Part shown: positions 45,944-56,070 of the stretch, one piece after another | How the letters are laid out: each line of letters begins with the position of its first letter | Numbering within the stretch: position 1 is the first letter of the stretch | IMG/VR virus record: IMGVR_UViG_3300029319_009305 | Location: 32,001-96,000 of that record | Strand: one strand, 5' to 3' | Source of the DNA: a virus | Length of the DNA: 64,000 bases | Notes under the pieces: model-generated | The model's database searches: none | Seen by the model: only the letters and a program-made list of their open reading frames with translations | What the model was told of the DNA's origin: nothing | Position numbers and translations under genes: made by a program

Positions 45944-46280
45944 AAAAGTAAAAACGTATGTCTTTGATATAGATGGCACTGTTTGTACGACAGTTGATGA
46001 TGGTGACTACTTAAAAGCAAAACCGTATAAACATAGGATTGAACAAATCAATGGCCTCTATGAACAAGGTGCAACAATTATTTTAAATACAGCAAGAGGT
46101 ATGGGTAGGTATGGGAATGCTTCTGGACAAGCTCATGCTGCTTTTTATGATTTGACAGTTAATCAACTTAAAGGTTGGGGTGTAAAGTATCACAGGCTAT
46201 TCATGGGAAAACCATCGGGCGACATTTATGTTGATGATAAGGGAATAAATGATGAAGACTTCTTCAACTCAAGAAATTAA
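45915..46280 (+). CDS. HAD-family capsule-biosynthesis phosphatase
   Basis: FDIDGT, TARG, GKP, YVDDK. Confidence 0.85.
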   Translation: MKDTLQLKTKKVKTYVFDIDGTVCTTVDDGDYLKAKPYKHRIEQINGLYEQGATIILNTARGMGRYGNASGQAHAAFYDLTVNQLKGWGVKYHRLFMGKPSGDIYVDDKGINDEDFFNSRN

Positions 46281-46617
46281 ATTTGTACCGAAAGGATGGG
46301 GTTTTGAAAAATGGATCCACAATTCTAATCTTTACTGCGGTAAATTGCTTTACTTTGTGAAGGGTAAAAAGTGTTCTTGGCATTACCACAAATTAAAAGA
46401 TGAAGTTTTTTATGTTCAGTCTGGAAAAATACTTGTTTATTACTCTGATCAAGATGATATCGACAAGGCAAATGTGACTATATTAGAACCAGGAGATAAT
46501 TTTCATGTCTATACGGGACTAAGACATCGGATGGAAGCATTAGAGGATACAGAATTGTTTGAATTCTCAACACAACATTTTGATAGCGATAGTCATAGAA
46601 TTGAAAAAGGTGACTAG
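46249..46617 (+). CDS. cupin, mannose-6-phosphate isomerase type II-like
   Basis: VPKGWG, SWHYH..KDE, HRM, EFST. Confidence 0.8.
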   Translation: MMKTSSTQEIKFVPKGWGFEKWIHNSNLYCGKLLYFVKGKKCSWHYHKLKDEVFYVQSGKILVYYSDQDDIDKANVTILEPGDNFHVYTGLRHRMEALEDTELFEFSTQHFDSDSHRIEKGD

Positions 46618-46623
46618 ACTTTT

Positions 46624-46652
46624 TTGAAAATATTAATATTTTATTGTATAAT
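46624..46652 (+). promoter_or_regulatory. sigma70-like promoter
   Basis: TTGAAA-N17-TATAAT. Confidence 0.5.
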
Positions 46653-46684
46653 AAATTTAAGTGTAAATTGAAGTAGGTGTTTTT

Positions 46685-47782
46685 ATGAAAAAGGTTAATT
46701 TCTTTTTAAATCAAATGGCTTTTTGTAAGACTTATGTACCATTGATTGATGAGTGCGTCAAAAGAGGTATAGCAGTCGATGTTTTTGTTGAACCTTCTGG
46801 TAAGTACAATTGCCCTATGCATGAAAACAATTTAAAGCAATTGGTTGGCCTATCTAAAATGTATAATTTTAACTTAAGGGATTTCAAAAATGAAGGTAAA
46901 GATGCAAAAGGTTTGATGTTTGTCTCTGGAAGGTATCTTGTCAAGGATCCTGTTAATAAAAGGTGGAATGGTGAAGAAGCTTGGAAAAATGAAGAAGTTG
47001 TATGGAAGTATCACGATTACTTAGACATGAATAATTTACATGTAGTTGTCATAACAAATTGTGTTGATTTTGAAAATACAAACTTTGGTCATGTTAGATA
47101 TAAAAAAATTGTTGATAATATAATTTTTATAAGTAAAAAATACGCTGAAGAATATAAGACTTTTTCTGATAAAAATCTTTATTTTGGAAGTCCTAAATAT
47201 GATTTTCATTTAACAAGATCACAAGTTGTAGAAAAGTACAAAAGCGTATTTGATCATAGCGAAAAGTACTGTCTTTTAGTCTTACCAAAGCTTAGAGATT
47301 TGAGGGGATCATATGATCATTTATCAAAAGCAGTTTCAAATATGAGAAAGTTAGGTTATAAGATTATTGGTAAGTCTAGAGCAAAAGATTCTTATCGGGG
47401 TCTTCCTGCTTTACCTAGTCTTTGTGATGTGTATTTTGAAGACGTTACATGGTTTACACACCCAACTATGGACTTTATAGTCCTTAGCGACATTGTTATT
47501 AATTGTAATTCAACGGCGATTGAAGAGGCTGTCATGCTTAAAACGCCTGTTATAAATTTTGTAGTTAAACAAGGAAATACATATTTAAATTTTCTATATG
47601 ACAATGCTTATTGCAAACAATATGATATCAAAGATGATTTTAGTGATGAAAGTTTTGTTGAAAGCTTTAAATATTTAACTTCTAAAGATTTATCAATTGA
47701 GTTTGATAGAGTCATTGAAAAAATGATGTTTAAAGGAAACTCAAGTAAAAAAATATTAGATTACTTCAAAGATAAAATTTAA
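46685..47782 (+). CDS. GT-B fold protein, CDP-glycerol glycerophosphotransferase/sialyltransferase-like
   Basis: GSPKYD, SDIVINCNSTAIEEA..L.TPV, GNSSKKI. Confidence 0.65.
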   Translation: MKKVNFFLNQMAFCKTYVPLIDECVKRGIAVDVFVEPSGKYNCPMHENNLKQLVGLSKMYNFNLRDFKNEGKDAKGLMFVSGRYLVKDPVNKRWNGEEAWKNEEVVWKYHDYLDMNNLHVVVITNCVDFENTNFGHVRYKKIVDNIIFISKKYAEEYKTFSDKNLYFGSPKYDFHLTRSQVVEKYKSVFDHSEKYCLLVLPKLRDLRGSYDHLSKAVSNMRKLGYKIIGKSRAKDSYRGLPALPSLCDVYFEDVTWFTHPTMDFIVLSDIVINCNSTAIEEAVMLKTPVINFVVKQGNTYLNFLYDNAYCKQYDIKDDFSDESFVESFKYLTSKDLSIEFDRVIEKMMFKGNSSKKILDYFKDKI

Positions 47783-47803
47783 ACCCTGTAAGGAAATAAT
47801 AAA

Positions 47804-49114
47804 ATGACCGCTGATAGAAAAGGGGAAGAAATTTATAGTTTGTGCAAACAATTGTTCCCGATTTGCAGGAGTTTGTCAGGTGATGGAAACAGAAAAAGTT
47901 TAAAGATAATTCAAGATCACATACCTATAAAATTGTGTGAAATTAATTCAGGTGAAAAAATATTTGACTGGATAGTACCACCCGAATGGAACATTGACGA
48001 TGGTTATGTTTTGGATCAAGAAGGTAATAAAATCATAGACTTTAAAAAAAATAACTTGCACGTTATGGGATATTCTAAGCCTGTTGATAAGTTTGTGGAT
48101 AGAGAGACACTTGAGAAACATTTATATTCAATACCCGATAAAACTGAAGCAATTCCCTATGTAACATCATATTACAAGAAAAGATGGGGATTCTGCATAT
48201 CTCAAAATAAACGTGATAAAATTAAAGGAGATAAGTTCAGGGTGGTAATTAATAGCAAATTTAAAGAAGAGGGTTCTTTGAGTTACGCTGAACTTTTGAT
48301 TCCAGGAAAATCACAAAGAGAAGTATTTTTGTCTTCTTACATATGTCATCCCTCTATGGCAAATAACGAGTGTTCAGGACCTGCTGTGTTGACATATATT
48401 GCAAAATATATTTTAGGTCTGAAAAATAGAAAGTATTCCTATAGAATAGTTTTAGCTCCCGAATCGATAGGGCCTATTATTTATTTGAGTAAAAATATTG
48501 ACATGCTTAAAAAAAATACAATTGCAGCTTTTAATTTTACATGTTTAGGAGATAATCTAACTTATTCTTTTTTACCTTCAAGAAAAGGTAATACGTTAAC
48601 TGATAGAGTTGCATTAAATGTTTTAAATAGTGAAGTTGCAAACTATGATTTTTATCCTTTTACCGAAAAAGGATCAGACGAAAGACAATATTGTCATCCA
48701 GCTGTTGACTTACCCATGGTTTCAATAATGAGATCTAAATACGGGACTTATCCTGAATATCATACTTCATTAGACAATTTAGATTTTATATCTCCTGAAG
48801 GATTGCAGGGAAGTTATAATTTGTTTAAAAAGTGCATTAATGTAATTGAGCACAATAATTTTTACAAATATGCTTTTCCTTGTGAACCCATGCTTATGAA
48901 GAGAAATCTTGTTCCTAAAAACTGGCATAAAAGAAGGGCAGGAAAAGAAAATAAAAAGTCCATGAATTTTTTAAAAAATATGATGAATATTATATGTTAC
49001 TGTGACGGAGAACATGATTTAATTGATATATCTAATATTTTAAAAGTAGATTTTGAGACTTGTGATGAAATAATAAAGATTTTATTAAAAGAAAAAATAA
49101 TACTGAGGGTTTAA
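47804..49114 (+). CDS. DUF4910 (M28 aminopeptidase-like) polysaccharide-biosynthesis protein
   Basis: LFPICRSLSG, DWIVPPEWN, IPYVTSYY, CHPSMANNECSGP, GSDERQY, YPEYHTS. Confidence 0.85.
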   Translation: MTADRKGEEIYSLCKQLFPICRSLSGDGNRKSLKIIQDHIPIKLCEINSGEKIFDWIVPPEWNIDDGYVLDQEGNKIIDFKKNNLHVMGYSKPVDKFVDRETLEKHLYSIPDKTEAIPYVTSYYKKRWGFCISQNKRDKIKGDKFRVVINSKFKEEGSLSYAELLIPGKSQREVFLSSYICHPSMANNECSGPAVLTYIAKYILGLKNRKYSYRIVLAPESIGPIIYLSKNIDMLKKNTIAAFNFTCLGDNLTYSFLPSRKGNTLTDRVALNVLNSEVANYDFYPFTEKGSDERQYCHPAVDLPMVSIMRSKYGTYPEYHTSLDNLDFISPEGLQGSYNLFKKCINVIEHNNFYKYAFPCEPMLMKRNLVPKNWHKRRAGKENKKSMNFLKNMMNIICYCDGEHDLIDISNILKVDFETCDEIIKILLKEKIILRV

Positions 49115-49116
49115 TT

Positions 49117-49698
49117 TTGAAAAGGATAATTGCAATAATCCCTGCCAGGGGTGGGTCAAAAAGACTCAAGAGAAAAAATATACATCCAGTTTGTGGAAAA
49201 CCAATGATTTATTGGGCTATGAATGCTTGCAAAGAATCAAAGTATGAAATAGATGTTTGGGTAAGTACAGAAGATGACGAAATAGCAGAAGTTGCTCTCT
49301 TTTACGGAGGAAAAGTGCACAATCGCCCAAAACATCTATCTGGCGATAAGATTTATAAGCAAGAAGCAATTAGAAGTGCTGCCCAACACATTTTTGATTA
49401 TGAGGATAGATTAACAGGGAAACATCCTGATATAATAATTTCTCTACAGGCTAATTCTCCAACAATTAAGTCTAAAGATATAGATGGGGCAATTGATCTC
49501 TTAATTAAATATAACAGAGATGAGATTATAAGCGTAGATAACAATTTAATGCAGAACGCTGCGTTTAGAATTTTTAAAGGCAACTATGTTTTTCAAAAAG
49601 ATTTAAGCACAAACTGTGGGGTTTATGTCGCTGACATTCATGATGTGCACACAATTGATGACATTAAGATTGTCGAAGGTGTTATGAATGACAACTAA
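49117..49698 (+). CDS. neuA: acylneuraminate cytidylyltransferase
   Basis: IIPARGGSKRLKRKN, GKPMI, VSTED, LQANSP. Confidence 0.87.
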   Translation: MKRIIAIIPARGGSKRLKRKNIHPVCGKPMIYWAMNACKESKYEIDVWVSTEDDEIAEVALFYGGKVHNRPKHLSGDKIYKQEAIRSAAQHIFDYEDRLTGKHPDIIISLQANSPTIKSKDIDGAIDLLIKYNRDEIISVDNNLMQNAAFRIFKGNYVFQKDLSTNCGVYVADIHDVHTIDDIKIVEGVMNDN

Positions 49699-50644
49699 TT
49701 GGAGAGAAGCGTATTTATACCCGCCCGATAGAATGATTGTTCAATTAACAAACATATGTAATGCTAATTGCACTTTTTGTGCATATCAGTATCTAGAAGA
49801 TCCGAAATCTTTTATGAAGGACGAACATTTTTACACAGTTGTTGATCAGTACCATTCAATAGGCGGCGAGTTTTTAGATATGACTCCACTCGTTGGAGAC
49901 TTGCTAATTGATCCTAAAGTTTTTGAAAGACTAAATTATGTAACTAGTGGTAATAAATTTAAAAAAGTTAGATTTTTTACAAATGGAATACTTTTAAATA
50001 GAAAAGGTTACGTAGAGAAATTAATAGATGCAAAACCAACGCATGTAACCTTCAGCGTCCCAGGGTTTGAAAAGAATTTATATGAACGGGTTTATAGGAG
50101 TAAAGCTTATAACGCAATGCTGAAAGGGGTCAGTAAGTTTCTAAAAATAAATTATGAATTAGGGCACCCTATTGATGCATCATTTGCTTTAAAACCTGAC
50201 ATGTCTGACGAAGAAGCGGTGTACACGGAAGATTTTAAAAAATACATTCAACCCTACATAGGAGAAGACAGTCTACATTTCGTAAGGGATTTAGATAACT
50301 GGGGAGGTTCAATCAAACAAAAAGACCTGACAGGTAACATGAGATTGATTGAACCAATTCCGCCTAGTAAAAAAAGATACCCGTGTTATTTTACTTTTTT
50401 CCTAGCAATAATGGTTGATGGTTCAGTTAGATTGTGTGGTTGTAGGTTTAATAACGGAACTGAGTACGATGAATTGGTTGTAGGTCACATTAATGATCAA
50501 AGTCTTCTAGAAATATGGCAAAGTGAAAAAGTCAGTAAAATAAGAGAAGATTTTCTGAAAGAAAAATTAATTTCAGTTTGTCAGACTTGTACTCATTATG
50601 CTCCCTATTCTGGTAAAGAAAGGGCTATTAATAAAATTATTTAA
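49688..50644 (+). CDS. radical SAM protein with SPASM/Twitch domain
   Basis: CNANCTFC; FTNG; C...DGSVRLC...CQTC. Confidence 0.88.
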   Translation: MTTNWREAYLYPPDRMIVQLTNICNANCTFCAYQYLEDPKSFMKDEHFYTVVDQYHSIGGEFLDMTPLVGDLLIDPKVFERLNYVTSGNKFKKVRFFTNGILLNRKGYVEKLIDAKPTHVTFSVPGFEKNLYERVYRSKAYNAMLKGVSKFLKINYELGHPIDASFALKPDMSDEEAVYTEDFKKYIQPYIGEDSLHFVRDLDNWGGSIKQKDLTGNMRLIEPIPPSKKRYPCYFTFFLAIMVDGSVRLCGCRFNNGTEYDELVVGHINDQSLLEIWQSEKVSKIREDFLKEKLISVCQTCTHYAPYSGKERAINKII

Positions 50645-50702
50645 TTTTGTTGTATTGTAATAAAATTTTTTGGTATAATACAATAAAATAGGAGAAGTTA
50701 AA

Positions 50703-51419
50703 ATGGTATACATTATTAGTGAACTGTGCGGACAATGGGGAGGCTCTATAAGGCGAGCTGAACAAATGATTTTACAGTCTAAACTAGCAGGTGCAGATGC
50801 TGTTAAAGTGCAGCTGTACGATACATACAGAATGCCTGGAGAAAATAGAGCCAGATGGGAATATCTGAATATTGATGAAGATACTTTTCTAAGATTAAGA
50901 GACTTCAGCTGGAATTTAAATCTAGATTTTTTTGCATCAGCATTTCACGAAGACATGTATCAACGACTAAAAATTGCTGATCTTAACATTAATAAGGTTG
51001 CTAGTATAGGGCTTACTGATCAATTCAAAGATCTATCTGATCAAATGATAAAAGACAAACAGTTTACTAGGAACTACATCTCTTTGGGTCAGTGGAAAGA
51101 AAATGATTTACCGTATAGCCACGAAGGTGATAGAAACGTTTATTTTCATTGTGTACCAGAATATCCACACAGTTATGATAGAGCAATTGAATTAATGCCT
51201 GATAATTTTTCCAAAGACTATATTCATGGGTATAGTGATCATTCTATAGGGGTTGATGCATGTAAAGAGGCAATTAGGCGAGGAGCAATGTATATAGAAA
51301 AGCATTACACCATAAGCCAAACTTTACAATCAAAGACAGAAGCTGCCCACCTTTGCTCGATGGATATGAAACAATTGGAAGATCTTCGCAATTTTTGTGA
51401 GGTGTATCAAAGTGCTTAG
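50703..51419 (+). CDS. neuB: N-acetylneuraminate synthase family (no C-terminal SAF domain)
   Basis: AGADAVKVQ, KVAS, HCVPEYP, GYSDHS, IEKHYT. Confidence 0.85.
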   Translation: MVYIISELCGQWGGSIRRAEQMILQSKLAGADAVKVQLYDTYRMPGENRARWEYLNIDEDTFLRLRDFSWNLNLDFFASAFHEDMYQRLKIADLNINKVASIGLTDQFKDLSDQMIKDKQFTRNYISLGQWKENDLPYSHEGDRNVYFHCVPEYPHSYDRAIELMPDNFSKDYIHGYSDHSIGVDACKEAIRRGAMYIEKHYTISQTLQSKTEAAHLCSMDMKQLEDLRNFCEVYQSA

Positions 51420-52212
51420 AAAGACGCCCACAATTGTTATTACAGTCAAGAATAGACTGGAACATTTTTTAAAAACTTTTCCATTTAATGTAACGCAAGT
51501 AGGGATTGACTATAGGCTTGTTTACGTTGATTACGACTCAGAAGATAACTTTAGCGAACATCTAATTAAAGAGATCGAAAATAAAAAGGATATATTTTCT
51601 AGAAACTTATTAGAAATACGCTTGGTGAAATTAAATAAAAAAGCAAGATATGACATTAGAAGAGCAAAAAATTTAGGAGCATACTATGCTTCACGTTATT
51701 CTTCAATTCTTTTAATAAGCGATGCTGATACAATGCTTGGGATGGACTACACTAAAAAGTGGTGTAGCTACATCACTCCTGGAGAAACTTTTGTCACAAA
51801 TAGAATTCAAGAATCAATGGCTCAATTACCAAGGCGTATAAAACAAGAAGTTAATTATGGAAATATTATTGTCGCAACTCAAGATTTTGATTCTGTTTTA
51901 GGGTACGACGAAACTAATGTTGGGTGGGGTGGAGATGATGATGATTTATTTCACAGATTAAAACTAGCGGGACTAAGAGAGATTAACCCATACAGCTTTG
52001 ATGATGCTAGCCAATATTCAATAATGCATAGTGATGAATTGCGATTTAAAGACACAGAGAATCCGAACATGGAAAGACCAGATAGTGCCGAAACAGCTAA
52101 GGCATTTAAAAAGATATATAGCAACAAAAGTAATATATTAAGTCTTAAATACGATTATTTTAGTCCTATAGTTCAAAATTTTTCAAAAGAGAGGGTGTTG
52201 TATGAAAATTAG
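51397..52212 (+). CDS. GT2/GT7-like glycosyltransferase
   Basis: VDYDSED, SDAD, GYDE..VGWGGDDDDL. Confidence 0.85.
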   Translation: MRCIKVLRKTPTIVITVKNRLEHFLKTFPFNVTQVGIDYRLVYVDYDSEDNFSEHLIKEIENKKDIFSRNLLEIRLVKLNKKARYDIRRAKNLGAYYASRYSSILLISDADTMLGMDYTKKWCSYITPGETFVTNRIQESMAQLPRRIKQEVNYGNIIVATQDFDSVLGYDETNVGWGGDDDDLFHRLKLAGLREINPYSFDDASQYSIMHSDELRFKDTENPNMERPDSAETAKAFKKIYSNKSNILSLKYDYFSPIVQNFSKERVLYEN

Positions 52213-52825
52213 TCCTGATGTTTCAATTATTATTACAAATTACAATTATGGCAAATACATTCAAAGATGCTTGCGTAGCTGCATTAATCAAAAAAATGTA
52301 AATCATGAAATTATTTTAGTTGATGATTGTTCAACTGATGATTCTATTGAAATGATAAAGCCTTTTAAGAATGATATTACATTCATTCAGACAGAAAAAA
52401 ATTCTGGTGTTGCAGTTGCATCAAATCTAGGAATAAAAAACGCTAGAGGACAATTTGTAATTAGAGTTGATGCTGACGATTATGTAAGCTCAGATATGTG
52501 TTATTTTATGCAGACATACTTAGAGACAAATCATGATGCTTTTTGTGTGAGTTGTGACTACGTTTTGGTTGATAATTATGAAAATATTATTGAAAGAAAA
52601 TATGCGAGTAAAGAAAACATATCTTGCGCTATCATGTACAGAAAAGACTTGTTGTTAGAGCTTGGAGCTTATAACGAGAATTTTAGGCATAGAGAAGAAG
52701 AAGAGTTGAGAAAGCGTCTAGGTGATTATTATACGATTCATCATTTAAACATTCCTTTTTATCGTTATAGAATGCATAATACAAATAAAACAAAATCAAA
52801 AGAGTATAAAGAATTAAAGGTTTAA
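52202..52825 (+). CDS. GT2 glycosyltransferase
   Basis: VSIIITNYNY, VDDCSTD, RVDADD. Confidence 0.9.
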   Translation: MKISPDVSIIITNYNYGKYIQRCLRSCINQKNVNHEIILVDDCSTDDSIEMIKPFKNDITFIQTEKNSGVAVASNLGIKNARGQFVIRVDADDYVSSDMCYFMQTYLETNHDAFCVSCDYVLVDNYENIIERKYASKENISCAIMYRKDLLLELGAYNENFRHREEEELRKRLGDYYTIHHLNIPFYRYRMHNTNKTKSKEYKELKV

Positions 52826-52826
52826 T

Positions 52827-53546
52827 GTGGATACTAGATTAATTAAGAATAAAAACTATTATGATTTAAATAGTCGTGAAGATTATCAAAGATATCAAGT
52901 CAAACAAAAGGAAATGTGGAAGACTAAATGGTATAAAACTCGAGCTCCTTTTGAGTATCTTCTTATAACGCAAATGGTCAAAATAAAAGTTGATAAAAGT
53001 AGACAGTTAGAAATGATATGTTTGGGAGCGAGAAATAATTTCGAGAGAGATGCTTTCAAATCATTTTTTACTACAATAGGTCATAATATTAATGTTTATT
53101 CCCTAGATATAGCAGATGATGCTGATGTCGACTATTATTATGATTTTGAAAAACTACCTGAACATTGGGAGGATAGGTTTGATATTATATACACAAATGC
53201 TGCTGATCATTCTTTTGACTTTCATAAATGTTTAAAAGAATGGAGTAGGATATTAAAAGATGATGGATTGCTTATTTTAGGGATAGCTGATCAAGATATG
53301 CTCGATGATGAAATTGAAGGAGAACAGCTAGAAGTGACTGGAGTTACGGATCCTGGCCCTCATGGCTGCACTATTTTTGACAAAAAATCAGTTGACTTAA
53401 TGTGCTCTGAGTATTTCAATTCTGTCAACTTTGTTAAAAGTAAAAAGCATATCATAGAAATGGGTGGTGAGATTCACGAATATCATTTACAATACAATTA
53501 CTGGTTTTGTGTTAAGAAAAAAAATAAAATCAGGAGTAAAAAATGA
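52827..53546 (+). CDS. class I SAM methyltransferase
   Basis: CLGARN, SLDI, FDIIYTNAADH, RILKDDG. Confidence 0.75.
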   Translation: MDTRLIKNKNYYDLNSREDYQRYQVKQKEMWKTKWYKTRAPFEYLLITQMVKIKVDKSRQLEMICLGARNNFERDAFKSFFTTIGHNINVYSLDIADDADVDYYYDFEKLPEHWEDRFDIIYTNAADHSFDFHKCLKEWSRILKDDGLLILGIADQDMLDDEIEGEQLEVTGVTDPGPHGCTIFDKKSVDLMCSEYFNSVNFVKSKKHIIEMGGEIHEYHLQYNYWFCVKKKNKIRSKK

Positions 53547-54397
53547 ATATAGGAATTATAGGAAACGGTTTTGTAGGGTCAGCAATTATGCATGGTTTTG
53601 TCCTACATGCAAACGATATTATGATTTATGACAAAGATCCAAAAAGATCTACACACTCAATGGAAATTTTGGTAAATAAGTCAGATGTAATTTTTGTGTG
53701 TGTTCCAACACCAATGTTCGAGTCAGGAGAATGCGATCTCTCAATTGTTAAAGATGTTGTAAATGAACTGGCGCAGTATGAATGCATGAAAAGCAAAGTA
53801 ATTGTTATTAAATCAACTGTAGTTCCAGGCACTACTGAAAATTTAGCAGCTAACTATCCTGAATTAAATTTTGTTTTTAATCCAGAGTTCTTGACAGAAA
53901 GAAAAGCAAGGTTGGACTTTATTAACACTTCAAGAATTGTATTGGGAAGCAACAATCCATTAGCAAGTGATATTGTTGAAAAGCTTTATCGATTAAGGTT
54001 TCCATTCACAAAAATAATTAAGACAGACTTTGGCACAGCCCAGCTTATAAAATATATGGCAAATTGTTTTTTTGCAACAAAGGTGTCATTTATGAACGAA
54101 ATGTATCAAGTTTGTGAAGCAATTAATGGAGACTGGGAAAAAGCGTTGGAAGGTTTTATAACAGATGGGCGCATTGGTAATTCTCATATTGATGTACCAG
54201 GCCATGATGGTGACTTTGGATTTGGAGGCAAGTGTTTTCCAAAAGACTTAAATGCGATGATCAAGCGCGCAGAAGCACTAGGTGTCTCACCTGACGTTAT
54301 GAAAGGCGCTTGGGAAAAGAACAAGGAAGTTAGAAGTGACCTAGACTGGTACGATATCCCTGGAGCAATAAGTGTCAGAAAACCAGTTAAAAAATAA
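53543..54397 (+). CDS. ugd: UDP-glucose/GDP-mannose 6-dehydrogenase family (lacks C-terminal domain)
   Basis: GNGFVG, CVPTP, KSTVVPG, NPEFL, GFGGKCFPKD. Confidence 0.85.
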   Translation: MNIGIIGNGFVGSAIMHGFVLHANDIMIYDKDPKRSTHSMEILVNKSDVIFVCVPTPMFESGECDLSIVKDVVNELAQYECMKSKVIVIKSTVVPGTTENLAANYPELNFVFNPEFLTERKARLDFINTSRIVLGSNNPLASDIVEKLYRLRFPFTKIIKTDFGTAQLIKYMANCFFATKVSFMNEMYQVCEAINGDWEKALEGFITDGRIGNSHIDVPGHDGDFGFGGKCFPKDLNAMIKRAEALGVSPDVMKGAWEKNKEVRSDLDWYDIPGAISVRKPVKK

Positions 54398-55289
54398 AAA
54401 AATAAAATCTATAGTAACAGGGGGTTGCGGCTTTATCGGTAGTCATATAGTTGACAAACTAATAGAACTAGGACACGAAGTTAGGGTTATCGACGATCTG
54501 TCAGCACAAGAAAACGAGGAGTTTTATTACAATGAAGATGCGATATATAGCAAAAAAGATATATCTAAAGATGATTGCAGTAATATTTTTAATAGCGTTG
54601 ACTATGTTTTTCACCTTGCTGCCCGCAGTCGGATTCAGCCTACTATTGGGTCTCCTAACGAATGCTTTGAGGTTAATGTTGTAGGTACACAGAGGGTTCT
54701 GGAGTGGTCTAGAATGCACTCTGTTAAAAAAGTCATATATTCAGGTACGTCTTCTCTTTACGGCCGCCAGAATCCAATTCCGTTTCAACCAAACATGCCC
54801 ACACACTGTTTGAACCCATATTCGATGTCAAAATGGATGGGGGAGCAAATTTGTAAGTTATATTTTCAGTTATATAATTTGGATAGCATTATTTTAAGAT
54901 ATTTTAACGTATATGGACCTAGAGAGCCTATCAAGGGAAATTATGCTCCGGTTGTCGGTCTTTTTAAAAGATGTGTGGCAGAAGGAAAACGTATGCCCGT
55001 AGTAGGCGACGGTTTACAGCGAAGAGACTTTACATATATTGATGATGTTGTTGACGCAAATATTTGTGCAATGAACTCAAAAATTCAACACAACATTTAC
55101 AATGTAGGGACAGGTAAAAACTATGCAATTATAGAAATTGCAGACATGATTAAAAATAGTTACGGGATTGAACACATAGATGAAAGACCCGCAGAAGTTA
55201 AGGAGACTTTAGCAGATATAAGTAAGACTATTGAAGATTTGCACTGGCAACCAAAACACAAACTAGAGGATAAAATTAATGCATACTAA
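54372..55289 (+). CDS. NAD-dependent sugar epimerase/dehydratase
   Basis: VTGGCGFIGSH, FHLAA, YSMSK, RYFNVYGP, RDFTYI. Confidence 0.9.
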   Translation: MSENQLKNKKIKSIVTGGCGFIGSHIVDKLIELGHEVRVIDDLSAQENEEFYYNEDAIYSKKDISKDDCSNIFNSVDYVFHLAARSRIQPTIGSPNECFEVNVVGTQRVLEWSRMHSVKKVIYSGTSSLYGRQNPIPFQPNMPTHCLNPYSMSKWMGEQICKLYFQLYNLDSIILRYFNVYGPREPIKGNYAPVVGLFKRCVAEGKRMPVVGDGLQRRDFTYIDDVVDANICAMNSKIQHNIYNVGTGKNYAIIEIADMIKNSYGIEHIDERPAEVKETLADISKTIEDLHWQPKHKLEDKINAY

Positions 55290-55743
55290 GGATGAGTGGC
55301 CATTAAGAAAAATGTTAAAAATTGGTTTAGTCGCAGGTAATTTTGACGTAATCCATCCCGGGTATGTAAAAATGTTTCAAGATGCAAAAGAAAATGCGTG
55401 CAATTACTTGATTGTAGCTCTTCAAAGTGATCCAACCATCGATAGACCAGAAAAAAGCAAACCAGTCCAGACAATAGCTGAAAGAGAATATATTCTTTCA
55501 TCAATAAGATACGTTGATGAAATACTTCACTATGATACAGAAATTGAATTACTTAATATTTTAAAGAACCATGATTACGACATAAGAATATTAGGATCTG
55601 ATTACGATATTCCTGGAAAGAAATATACCGGTTCTGATCTTAACAAGCCTATTTATTTTCATAAAAGAGATCATGATTATTCAGCAACTGATCTCAAAAC
55701 AAGAATAGCATTGCAAGTAATGAAGGAAAGAGATGGCAGATAG
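55279..55743 (+). CDS. TagD-like cytidylyltransferase
   Basis: GNFDVIHPGY, RYVDE, GSDY, RDHDYSAT. Confidence 0.85.
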   Translation: MHTKDEWPLRKMLKIGLVAGNFDVIHPGYVKMFQDAKENACNYLIVALQSDPTIDRPEKSKPVQTIAEREYILSSIRYVDEILHYDTEIELLNILKNHDYDIRILGSDYDIPGKKYTGSDLNKPIYFHKRDHDYSATDLKTRIALQVMKERDGR

Positions 55744-55993
55744 AAATGATATGTATCCAGATAATGTGGGTGGTGTCGTCACAATAAAAGGAAAAAAATA
55801 TTCATTTTATGTTGACAGAGAATGCATTCTCTGTTCAGTGTGTACTGACGCTGCACCCAATAATTTTTGTATCAGTGATGATGAAGATCATGATATATGC
55901 TATAAACAGCCAGAAAATGAAAATGAGTTAGAAGAATGCTTGGAGGCAATGGAGAATTGCCCTGTAGAAGCAATTGGCGATGATGGCTTATAA
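55733..55993 (+). CDS. single-cluster ferredoxin
   Basis: CILCSVC...AP.NF...CPVEAIG. Confidence 0.88.
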   Translation: MADRNDMYPDNVGGVVTIKGKKYSFYVDRECILCSVCTDAAPNNFCISDDEDHDICYKQPENENELEECLEAMENCPVEAIGDDGL

Positions 55994-56070
55994 TATCTAA
56001 TATTATTATAATTGCTTATAATAGAGATAAAATTATTATTCTTTGAATATAATGATTACGAGGAGATATA

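Noticed and set aside
28655-55743. Bacterial O-antigen/capsule locus (window from a cellular chromosome)
   Set aside because: Continuous in strand and composition with phage sigma and baseplate genes; no export or polymerase genes and no housekeeping genes
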